In this document: positions 17,561 to 25,836 of the stretch, piece after piece | Layout of the letters: each line of letters opens with the position of its first letter | Numbering within the stretch: the first letter of the stretch is position 1 | IMG/VR virus record: IMGVR_UViG_3300045988_174111 | Span: 40,621 to 104,620 of that record | Direction: 5' to 3' (one strand) | Length of the DNA: 64,000 bases | Source: a virus | Notes under the pieces: generated by a model | What the model was told of the DNA's origin: nothing | What the model saw: only the letters and a program-made list of their open reading frames with translations | Database searches by the model: none | Position numbers and translations under genes: made by a program

Positions 17561-19162
17561 TTATGAAATTGCCCTTTTTTGTAAATACTCCTTCAGGGAC
17601 TGTCTTTCGCTGCGCTTATTTAACGTCTCTTTTGGCTGTCTAACGGAAGAATCACTTTCCCCTGATACTTTTGTACCAAACACTCCTGGGGATATCTCAA
17701 CTCGTTCCTTTTTCTCGCCAACAGCCGAATCACCATTTCCTTTTCTAGAACGCCTGCTTTCCAATTTATCGAGTGCAGACATATCTAAGACTTGCTCAAC
17801 AGTTGTTGAACGGGGTATGTCGTAGAAAAATCCATTCTCATAATTTGTAGGGATTCTAATTATAATTCCATTATTTCGGTAATTACGCAATTTATCACAA
17901 TAAATACGGGCGATATTTTCCTTCCCTTCTTCTATTGTAATATTCCCAGTAAATACAAAGGAAAAAGGCTTAATAAGTGTTCTATCGCCTTCTGTATTTT
18001 GACGAGTAATTACGCGAGTAGGGTCATTCCACACTTCAAGCGGTACGTCCCCAGTCTGTGTTGCAGTTATAACTGCACAATCGTATTTCTTTGCGATATC
18101 CTTTAATCTCTGAGCGCATTTTTGCAACCGATACTTAATAAAATTCGGGTCAAAATCAATCTTCTTATTTTCACCAGTCAATAACAAATCGATTGAATCG
18201 ACAGTAATTAAATCCGGATAATATCCATACTCTTTTTTATAATCTTCTATAGCCTGAACCAAATCCGCCACAGTCATGTCCATCATTTCTTCAGACGCAT
18301 ATACATCAATATCACTGTTAACCGTTGCGGCTCTCTTTATTAATGCCGAAATCCTTTGGCGTGTCTCATCTGTGACTTCGCCTTTCATTATTTTCGAATA
18401 AGTGGTATTCGCCAACATTTGGTCAAATTTGACAACCGCTTCATCTAGACCACCCTCCAACTGAAAATGTAAACAGTGATTATGCGCAATTGATGTGTTG
18501 TACCATGCAAAATACTTCAGAGCTGTTGATTTACCTACTCCGGAACGCATAATTAACAAAACGGTATCCTGACGTGGGATTCCCCCATCAGTAAGTTCGT
18601 CGATTGTTGTTATACCTGTTGGCATTTTTGCTCTACGAATCTCATCTTCAGCCTTTAATTGTGCGCTTCCAATATTACGATAAAAATCTCGATATACGCG
18701 AACAAACTTCCCCCGAAACTTGTCCAAGGAAAAAGAATTTATTTCAGACATTCGCTTTTCCAATAAAAGCATAGCTTCCTCTGGACGCCCTTCATTATAC
18801 ATGTCAGAAATTTCATGCTGAGTTGCAACAAATGTTTGTCTACGAATGAAAGTCTCTAACTGTCGAACCATTGGTTCAAAATCAGGAATCTTCAACGCTT
18901 TAACTTCAGAAATCTTTTTAGAAACATCTTCATTATTTGGGAAGGTCATTTCAACCATTCCAAATGTAGCAAGACTTCCAGACTTCTTTAAGGTATCCGA
19001 AAGAACTTTTAACATCGCTTTACAGCCTCCTAATTCACGGGGGAAATTACTTAAATCGAGATTATCAACAACCAATTCCGCAAACTGTTTGTTCGAAAAC
19101 GCCAATCTAAGCATTTCTTCAACAAAACTTGGACTCAATACTGCGTCAACTTTCTTTGCCAT
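17561..19162 (-). CDS. DnaB-like replicative helicase
   Basis: RecA-type ATPase core: Walker A MRSGVGKSTALKYF and Walker B LITVDSIDLL. It has an N-terminal helical domain and a basic C-terminal tail. Confidence 0.8.
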   Translation of the reverse strand: MAKKVDAVLSPSFVEEMLRLAFSNKQFAELVVDNLDLSNFPRELGGCKAMLKVLSDTLKKSGSLATFGMVEMTFPNNEDVSKKISEVKALKIPDFEPMVRQLETFIRRQTFVATQHEISDMYNEGRPEEAMLLLEKRMSEINSFSLDKFRGKFVRVYRDFYRNIGSAQLKAEDEIRRAKMPTGITTIDELTDGGIPRQDTVLLIMRSGVGKSTALKYFAWYNTSIAHNHCLHFQLEGGLDEAVVKFDQMLANTTYSKIMKGEVTDETRQRISALIKRAATVNSDIDVYASEEMMDMTVADLVQAIEDYKKEYGYYPDLITVDSIDLLLTGENKKIDFDPNFIKYRLQKCAQRLKDIAKKYDCAVITATQTGDVPLEVWNDPTRVITRQNTEGDRTLIKPFSFVFTGNITIEEGKENIARIYCDKLRNYRNNGIIIRIPTNYENGFFYDIPRSTTVEQVLDMSALDKLESRRSRKGNGDSAVGEKKERVEISPGVFGTKVSGESDSSVRQPKETLNKRSERQSLKEYLQKRAIS

Positions 19163-19164
19163 AA

Positions 19165-21264
19165 TTATACTGCATCAACTTTAATCATTAAGGTGCTTTC
19201 TCTTAATCTATTAATTGCCATAAAAGAAGAGGAAACCGTATCATCATGCCCACTAATACTTTCGAGAGTTCCCTTGTCACTTCTAAATGCAATAGAATTA
19301 AATTCTCCAAACATTTGGTCTATTTTTTGAGAAGTGTCCGGATGATAAGGGCATTTAATAGCTCCTCTCTCAAATAACGCTGCAAGTGACGCCCATCCAG
19401 TTCTCAAGTCCTTTTTATTTCCCGAAGTAGTAGTGAACGGAGTAATATTTCTAATGCCCATTTGAACGCACATGTCCGCCAAAATATTTTGAAACCCATT
19501 GTTCTCAACGACAATTTCATTTGGCTTAAATGTTTGATTCAGCAAATTTATCTTCTGAATTTGTTCATTATGAGACAGCCCCTTTTCTCGGAAAATATAC
19601 AAAAGATAATAATTTCCTTGGATGTCTTTCCCCCAAACCGTGTAACAGGTATAATCGGCACCAACGTTACCAGATACGGCAAAGTCACAACCAATAACAA
19701 CTCTTTGAAGCTTAATAGGAAAAGACTCTATATTCTCAACGAGCCTGACATTTTCCATACCGATTGTGCTTCTCTTTAGTATCTCCCAAGGGAAAATCGT
19801 ACTGTCGTCAGATATAGGTACAACCAAATATTCTCGAGAAAATACGAGAGTCCCAAGAGATGCTTTTTCTTCCATAAGTTTCTTCCATGTAAAACGGTCT
19901 GGAGCTAATAGACGCCCGTCCGGGAAAATTGCTGGGTATTCAAAAACTTTGAATTTGGGGTCTTTTTTAAGTTCCGCGTATAAGTCCTCTTGCTGATATG
20001 GGGTTCCATCTACAATATTGTATCCATACGGCTCAACGATAGGGGTGATTGCTCCTTTAAACAGGTCTCTAAGTTTTTCTCTTTGTTCCAAGGAATAAAT
20101 ACTACTTTCGTCCGGCAAGTCATCACTCACTGCCGCCCCAACATGAAGCCCTCGAATAAACCCGTCCTTTCCGCGCAAATGAAGCTTCGTTCCATTTTCG
20201 CATTCTATACTAGTTGCGGCCAAAGAAGCCTTTCCAGTAGGATTCAACTTTGCTGCTAAAGCCTCGTTTACTCGAATTTCCTCAACAACTTTGTCAATGT
20301 GCTGTTTACCCAGCTTCTCCGTGTTGGTGATAATACAGGTTTCCTGACGATTCTTATTATCGGGAATGTCAGGTCTCATAAACGTTGGTCGTCTATAACT
20401 GTACAACCTCCACAATGGAAATGCCATGCAAAACTCATAAGAGTTGTGAACAACGGTTCCGTCTTCCAACTGGAATATATGGTCTCCGTCGCACATAAAA
20501 CCATAATAGGATTCTTCCCCTATGGGTTCAACACGTATATTCCCTCTTTCGAAGACAGGCTTATCGTAGGAAAAAACCCTATACCCCTGGAATCTTCTTT
20601 GTTTCTTCACAGGATACTTCAAGAATTGCCCCATCTCAATTTCAACATATTTTTTCTTCTTTGTATCCCACAGGCATAAAATGTGCGCTCGATTTACAGC
20701 ATAAGGCATTCCATTTTCCTGTTCGACTCTGAACATCTGTGAACGCCCAATATGACGTGTCAAAACTTTTCTCGGGGTAAAATCAACGCCCATCACCTCC
20801 ATTCCTGGATAAATGTCCTCAACATTTTTCACCGAAAAATCTGACATTAAAATTCTTGTCCCCCTCGCAAAACATTTTCCGTGGGAACGGGCAGCAAGAT
20901 AAGCACTATTCGGATAGAGCTGTACCATGTTTCCCCACTCAAGATTTCTCCACCCCTGACGGAAGTTCGGAAGCATTGTCGTCTTGAAATAATTATAGGA
21001 CTGAATTTTTAAAGTTTCATCCATAGACTCTTCTAATTGGTCTATATAATCAAGACGTTCTGTTTCTAAAGTTGAATTTAACGTCAGTACATTATTTGTT
21101 TGGATAAAAATTTCTGATAAAAGGGAATCAATATCGCCTGAATATCCGTTAACTAGCTGATTTATTGCAACTGGCGGCAAAGACTCTATCACATTAAATG
21201 CGGTAGAAAAAACTGTATCAAGCTGCTTATATGACAATTTTGAATCTTCATTAAAATGTATCAT
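19165..21264 (-). CDS. Terminase large subunit (TerL) interrupted by a mini-intein
   Basis: After intein removal the Walker A reads AARSHGK|SYEF. RNaseH-like nuclease motif VIGCDFAVSGNVGADYTCYTVWG. I moved the start to the ATG at 21262-21264 (MIHFNED), which lies directly after the upstream TGA at 21266-21268. Confidence 0.85.
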   Translation of the reverse strand: MIHFNEDSKLSYKQLDTVFSTAFNVIESLPPVAINQLVNGYSGDIDSLLSEIFIQTNNVLTLNSTLETERLDYIDQLEESMDETLKIQSYNYFKTTMLPNFRQGWRNLEWGNMVQLYPNSAYLAARSHGKCFARGTRILMSDFSVKNVEDIYPGMEVMGVDFTPRKVLTRHIGRSQMFRVEQENGMPYAVNRAHILCLWDTKKKKYVEIEMGQFLKYPVKKQRRFQGYRVFSYDKPVFERGNIRVEPIGEESYYGFMCDGDHIFQLEDGTVVHNSYEFCMAFPLWRLYSYRRPTFMRPDIPDNKNRQETCIITNTEKLGKQHIDKVVEEIRVNEALAAKLNPTGKASLAATSIECENGTKLHLRGKDGFIRGLHVGAAVSDDLPDESSIYSLEQREKLRDLFKGAITPIVEPYGYNIVDGTPYQQEDLYAELKKDPKFKVFEYPAIFPDGRLLAPDRFTWKKLMEEKASLGTLVFSREYLVVPISDDSTIFPWEILKRSTIGMENVRLVENIESFPIKLQRVVIGCDFAVSGNVGADYTCYTVWGKDIQGNYYLLYIFREKGLSHNEQIQKINLLNQTFKPNEIVVENNGFQNILADMCVQMGIRNITPFTTTSGNKKDLRTGWASLAALFERGAIKCPYHPDTSQKIDQMFGEFNSIAFRSDKGTLESISGHDDTVSSSFMAINRLRESTLMIKVDAV
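20443..20874 (-). mobile_element. Mini-intein (144 aa, no endonuclease domain) in the TerL P-loop
   Basis: Starts with CFARGTRILMSDFSVKNVEDI (block A). Block B-like VNRAHILCL. Ends with YYGFMCDGDHIFQLEDGTVVHN, with Ser at +1. Codons checked: aca at 20872-20874, gtt at 20443-20445. Confidence 0.85.
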
Positions 21265-21265
21265 A

Positions 21266-21940
21266 TCACACCAACTGAAATCCTTCTCTGAATCTTGATT
21301 CTTTTTTCGTTGACGCCACAGGGGTAGAAACTCCAACCCCTCGGAACTTCTCTATGTATTTTAACATAAGAAGGGCATTCGCTCTTGTATCATTCAACGC
21401 CCTATGAGCGTCAACAAGTTCGACCCCTTCAAGTCGGCAACAGGTTCCAAGCTTATAATTTTCCTGCTCAACTGCCCTATACCATGATAATTTCATAGTG
21501 TCCTCTACGAACTTCACATATTCCCATAAAGAATCTCCATAAAATTCAAACAAGCCTTCAAAAAAGGGTATATCAAACAGTTGAAAATTATGCCCGCATA
21601 AAATTGAACCAATTCGCGGATTTTTATATTTAACCAAAAAGGACTTTACTTTTTGGTAAACTTCTTTCGCGTTTTGGCCATTTTCCTTCAAATTTGAAAC
21701 TGAAAGGCCATGAACTTTCTCAGCTTCAGGATTATATTCAAGTCCGTCTTTGTAAGGCTGAATAATTGCATCGTACTCATCAACAATTTTCAAGGCATTC
21801 AAATCAATCACAACTAATGCAATTTCACATAATGCAACATCGAAAAAAGCCTTCTTTTCTGGCTTTCCTTTAGAAGCCTTGCTTGGAAGCCCACCTGTTT
21901 CGGTATCTGCAACTATCATATAATTAGCAGTCGTTTTCAT
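21266..21940 (-). CDS. DnaQ-like 3'-5' exonuclease (DEDDh)
   Basis: Exo I VADTETGGL, Exo II GHNFQLFDIPF, Exo III HRALNDTRA. Confidence 0.85.
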   Translation of the reverse strand: MKTTANYMIVADTETGGLPSKASKGKPEKKAFFDVALCEIALVVIDLNALKIVDEYDAIIQPYKDGLEYNPEAEKVHGLSVSNLKENGQNAKEVYQKVKSFLVKYKNPRIGSILCGHNFQLFDIPFFEGLFEFYGDSLWEYVKFVEDTMKLSWYRAVEQENYKLGTCCRLEGVELVDAHRALNDTRANALLMLKYIEKFRGVGVSTPVASTKKESRFREGFQLV

Positions 21941-21957
21941 ATAAAAATTATTTTATT

Positions 21958-22212
21958 TTAATCAATTAAATCTTTCAAAGCCTGTAAGTCCTCGTCCCTT
22001 TCATCAATATTTGAATAGACTAAGACTAAATTAATAACGGGATTTTTATCCCCTTTCAGCCCTAATGGGAAATCATTTAATACGATAGTTGGTTCTCCTT
22101 CATCGGTTAAATCACCCCTGAACTGTATAATATAATTTTTCCTAATTATTTGTTTGCTTTTATCGCGAAATTCGAATAAAAGCTTTCTTTTAGGTTCTTC
22201 CATAACTAACAC
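21958..22212 (-). CDS. Hypothetical protein
   Basis: 84-aa ORF that overlaps the HNH gene stop by 7 nt. Confidence 0.55.
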   Translation of the reverse strand: MLVMEEPKRKLLFEFRDKSKQIIRKNYIIQFRGDLTDEGEPTIVLNDFPLGLKGDKNPVINLVLVYSNIDERDEDLQALKDLID

Positions 22213-22604
22213 GTTTTTCGTTTTCCAAATTCATATTTTTGGTGACATTCTTCACAAGTCAATTCAATGTTACTCTTCTCAAGCCTTAACTCCGGATGAG
22301 CACCCTTAGACTTAATGTGACTAAAGTAAATTGGTTTAAGCGGTTCTAAGAGACGTTTCCCACAATGCGTACAAATGTGAGGACGCTCCGCCCATATTTC
22401 CTTAAAGAGAGCCAATTCACCCGTTGCGCGTCGCATTTTAGGTTTCTTTGCTTTACTTTTTTCAGCCCGAACTTCAGCCCTAGACATCCCTTCGTGAAGC
22501 CTCCTGTAATTACAGTCATCGCAAAGGCATTTTGTTCGATTTACAATAAACCTATATTTTCCACACTTCTTACATATTTGATATCTTTCAATCGTCTTTG
22601 TCAT
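22206..22604 (-). CDS. HNH endonuclease with zinc ribbons
   Basis: CKKCGK...CDDC and CTHCGK...SHIKSKGAHPELRLEKSNIELTCEECHQ give the H-N-H plus CxxC arrangement. Confidence 0.7.
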   Translation of the reverse strand: MTKTIERYQICKKCGKYRFIVNRTKCLCDDCNYRRLHEGMSRAEVRAEKSKAKKPKMRRATGELALFKEIWAERPHICTHCGKRLLEPLKPIYFSHIKSKGAHPELRLEKSNIELTCEECHQKYEFGKRKTC

Positions 22605-23247
22605 AGTTATTTGTACGCATTACTTTCCTTATTGTAACGTTCGACCCACTTAATTGTTTAGCCTCTTCTGGGCTTTTTTCGGCTAGCAAAATATTTTTTA
22701 ATAAAGTTTTCCCGTCTTTACACCTCGAAAACAATATTTCGCAATCCTTTTTAAAAGGACATGAAAAACATATTTCATCATCAGGATGATAGGAATCCTC
22801 TCCGAACTTTGCTATACAAAAATTTGGACCTGAAATTCTTGACATTCGTAGCTTTTCTTTCCTAAAAACTTCTTCTGAAATAGGTGTGTAACTTTGGGAA
22901 ATTACAGGGTTCCTAAACCCATTCTCTTTTGCCCAATCCCTTGAATGCCATTTTGCTTCATCAGAATAATCATTCCAACGTCTCCAAGCTTCTTTTCCCA
23001 TAAACCAACTTGGCATTGGTTTTTGCTTATGGCCTTGTTCTGAAAATACATAGAATTGGAAAACCAAAAAATTCCAAATAAAATCTGCTCCTGCCGTTGA
23101 CGGTAAACTTTGTAAAAAAGAAACAACCGCAGAACGATGTAACGGTTTATCCATCTTCAAAGTTCTGGGCTGTTTCTTTACTTTCATTTGCAGATATTCG
23201 TATATTCTTAGAACTATTTTTAAAGTTTCATTGTGTGAATATAGCAT
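22588..23247 (-). CDS. Hypothetical protein
   Basis: 219-aa ORF with a Cys cluster (CIAKFGEDSYHPDDEICFSCPFKKDCE). No assignment. Confidence 0.6.
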   Translation of the reverse strand: MLYSHNETLKIVLRIYEYLQMKVKKQPRTLKMDKPLHRSAVVSFLQSLPSTAGADFIWNFLVFQFYVFSEQGHKQKPMPSWFMGKEAWRRWNDYSDEAKWHSRDWAKENGFRNPVISQSYTPISEEVFRKEKLRMSRISGPNFCIAKFGEDSYHPDDEICFSCPFKKDCEILFSRCKDGKTLLKNILLAEKSPEEAKQLSGSNVTIRKVMRTNNYDKDD

Positions 23248-23257
23248 ACTTCAAATT

Positions 23258-23827
23258 CTATTCCCAATCAATAATTACGTTAACAGACTCCTGCATAGGG
23301 TGAGTCACAGGTTTATAACGTCTTCCTGTGGGGTCAGCTGGGTCTGGCTCGCAAACTAAATTGTATTGCTCTTTAGCCTTGTCTATATCAACATGTCTAC
23401 AAATCCACAGCCCTATTTCATCCCCTGCTTCCAAATTTCCGATTTCTAATATTGCATCGTCTGTCATATCAATGAATTTTGCTCTAAACGGTTTATTTGT
23501 TGGCGCAATAACATTCTCCATTGATTTTTGATTGTATTTATTTACAATATTCATCTCACCAACAGCCATTTTATAGGAACAGATAGCATGTTCTTCCCGA
23601 CTTATTTTTATTGTAATATTTTGGCATGGCTCGTTAAATTCATTCTTAATGACTATCGCACGATACTCGTCTCTTTCAGACTTCATTGTCATTAATGATA
23701 TTTCATCAAAAATATTACTAAAATCATCGTTCGAAACAGGGGTTTTTGATTTAAAACCCCCTAAAGAACGTTCTGGATTTGGCTGTTCAGCATTATATCC
23801 TGTTGTTGTGGTATAATATAATTTCAT
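23258..23827 (-). CDS. Hypothetical protein
   Basis: 189-aa ORF, co-oriented with its neighbours. Confidence 0.6.
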   Translation of the reverse strand: MKLYYTTTTGYNAEQPNPERSLGGFKSKTPVSNDDFSNIFDEISLMTMKSERDEYRAIVIKNEFNEPCQNITIKISREEHAICSYKMAVGEMNIVNKYNQKSMENVIAPTNKPFRAKFIDMTDDAILEIGNLEAGDEIGLWICRHVDIDKAKEQYNLVCEPDPADPTGRRYKPVTHPMQESVNVIIDWE

Positions 23828-23831
23828 TTCA

Positions 23832-24428
23832 TTATGAATTTAATTTATTTTTCAAATATCTTTGCCTCGCTTCCGAAAGTTTCTTTCGATGCTCATCAGT
23901 AAATTTCTTTCCAAAGAAATGATGGTTCTCCCCACGCTTCTTTTCAGAAATACGTTTTCTTGAATCTTCTGAATGAGTTCTATGATAAAAGGGGTTCTTC
24001 TCACCTATCTTTGATTCTGACAGTTTCTTCCTCTGTTCAGCAGATAAATTTTCACGACGTTTTGCTTCAGAAATTTTCTTCTTGGCTTCTTCAGACATTT
24101 TCAATCCCACAGTTCCTTTATCTCCACCATCTGTCGAATTATACCCGTCAATCTTAGTGTTGAACCGCTTTATAAGCCTCATTTCAACGTAGTCAAGTTT
24201 CTTCTTCAGAATCTCTTTCGTAGGAGCGGAAACAGTCAAAACCTCTTCAACGATAAAGTTCTCCGCACCATACTTTCGAATGGCTCTGTGGAACTTATGA
24301 TTTGAACCTTTCTTAGAACTACTCAAATGTCGAACCCATCTATCTCCAATAGGAGTCACCGTCTGACCAAAGTACAGTTTCCCAGTGAGCAGACAGGTGA
24401 CGCAATATATGTGGCCGACACTTTTCAT
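23832..24428 (-). CDS. Free-standing GIY-YIG homing endonuclease (Seg/I-TevI-like) with NUMOD3-like repeats
   Basis: GHIYCVTCLLTGKLYFGQT...R...H...AIRKYGAENF is the GIY-YIG core. C-terminal repeats have the form xxKKKISEAK / RKKLSESK / RKRISEKK / RKKLSEA. Its ATG overlaps the upstream TAA by 1 nt (TAATG). Confidence 0.9.
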   Translation of the reverse strand: MKSVGHIYCVTCLLTGKLYFGQTVTPIGDRWVRHLSSSKKGSNHKFHRAIRKYGAENFIVEEVLTVSAPTKEILKKKLDYVEMRLIKRFNTKIDGYNSTDGGDKGTVGLKMSEEAKKKISEAKRRENLSAEQRKKLSESKIGEKNPFYHRTHSEDSRKRISEKKRGENHHFFGKKFTDEHRKKLSEARQRYLKNKLNS

Positions 24429-25813
24429 TATCCTTCATTCACCTTTACCATGACGCCTTCATATTCACCAGTTCCGGCTTGAGTCGGTACGGTAAACAGT
24501 TCATATCCTCCGTCAGCAGTCTTAGTTTCGAAGTCCCAAAAATCATCTTGAGTATCTTCAACGAATTCAGCCACATAAACTTCATCTGCTTGTGCAACGA
24601 CATTTTGTACAGCAATTTGATTATATGGGGAATCATCTCTAAGCCATCGTGAAAAGCGATAACCCGCTGCGGCTTGAGCACATATCTGAACTGAAGTCCC
24701 AATGGGCACGGAAATAGAATCTTCAGCTTTATTAATTGTCGTAGAATTATTAATTGAAACTCCCCCTTGAGAAGTCCCTCCATCTGAAGTCCTTACAGTA
24801 ATTTCCACTTCCCTTCCTGGCTCGGTGTCTTCTTCCAAAACAATATTAAGAGTTTCATCTTTATTAGAGACTAGCAAATTTCCAGTCTTCGTGATATATC
24901 CAGGTTTTGACACTGACCATGCCAATGTTCTTCCGCTAACTGCTTGAACAGTGTTGGTAGTAACTCCGTCTATAATGACTTGTGCATCCGCAGGAGTAGG
25001 GTTGATAAATATCGTATAAGTTTCACTTCCCGACCCCCCAGAACCTCCTAAAGACCAATATTGAGTGCGTTCATCAAGAATCGTAATTGAACCTCCATTA
25101 TTCCTTAATCGTGCAATATAATATTCATTATCTTCTTTATGAGGCATTGTTCCCTCAGAAGGTTCTTCAATTAATTCTAATTTATAGGAATCAAAAGTGT
25201 ATAGACCTTCTAATTGCTCATCGGTAAATCTTTGCCCCATTGGAATACTTCCAAGAACAATGACCCTTAATTGACTTTCGGCTTGAAAAGATACCCCTCC
25301 AGAGAGGATAATATTATTATCATTGATAATGTCAACAACTTGATAGACTTTGTCATTAAGAGGCTTAGAACCATCATCTTTGACAAATCTAATGCAAGTC
25401 GGAACACCTGAACTTTGACCTCTTACAATTCCATTAAAACGAACTGTTCCAGAAACATTTCCCGATGTATCAACTTGAACATAGCCATTCTCATAATTCC
25501 TAGAATCAGGCTTAACTTTTAGCCAATAATACTTTTGGTCATTTGGAATAGGGAAATCAATCTGATTTTCAACTTTATACGCTTTCAAATCCGAACCAAT
25601 GACATATCCGCCAAGAATATTCACGGCTCCAATTGTCGTAGACGCCATTACTTTAAATGCCCCACCAGCTTTTCCTCCAGGAGACACCAAACCAAAAGAA
25701 ATCGAAGCCGCAAAAATTGCTGAAACTTCAGATTTTTCGGAAAGAAACCCTATCATTCGGGTCAGTTCTTCTTTTTCAAGAAAAGTTCCTCTATGAATAT
25801 TTATTTTGCTCAT
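24428..25813 (-). CDS. Tail fibre or receptor-binding module protein
   Basis: 461-aa ORF beside the baseplate and lysis genes. It has a PEGA-like segment (INPTPADAQVIIDGV...SKPGYITK) and a C-terminal Listeria-Bacteroides-type repeat (AAAGYRFSRW...YVAEF). Confidence 0.45.
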   Translation of the reverse strand: MSKINIHRGTFLEKEELTRMIGFLSEKSEVSAIFAASISFGLVSPGGKAGGAFKVMASTTIGAVNILGGYVIGSDLKAYKVENQIDFPIPNDQKYYWLKVKPDSRNYENGYVQVDTSGNVSGTVRFNGIVRGQSSGVPTCIRFVKDDGSKPLNDKVYQVVDIINDNNIILSGGVSFQAESQLRVIVLGSIPMGQRFTDEQLEGLYTFDSYKLELIEEPSEGTMPHKEDNEYYIARLRNNGGSITILDERTQYWSLGGSGGSGSETYTIFINPTPADAQVIIDGVTTNTVQAVSGRTLAWSVSKPGYITKTGNLLVSNKDETLNIVLEEDTEPGREVEITVRTSDGGTSQGGVSINNSTTINKAEDSISVPIGTSVQICAQAAAGYRFSRWLRDDSPYNQIAVQNVVAQADEVYVAEFVEDTQDDFWDFETKTADGGYELFTVPTQAGTGEYEGVMVKVNEG

Positions 25814-25836
25814 AATTAAAATATTTTGTTCGAAAT

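Noticed and set aside
21265-21336. Long N-terminal extensions that create large gene overlaps: TerL from 21336, portal from 61518, and the BACON-half ORF from 44849.
   Set aside because: In each case an internal ATG lies immediately after the upstream gene's stop codon (21264, 61482 and 44816). This gives the tight non-overlapping packing seen elsewhere in the window, so the shorter starts were preferred.
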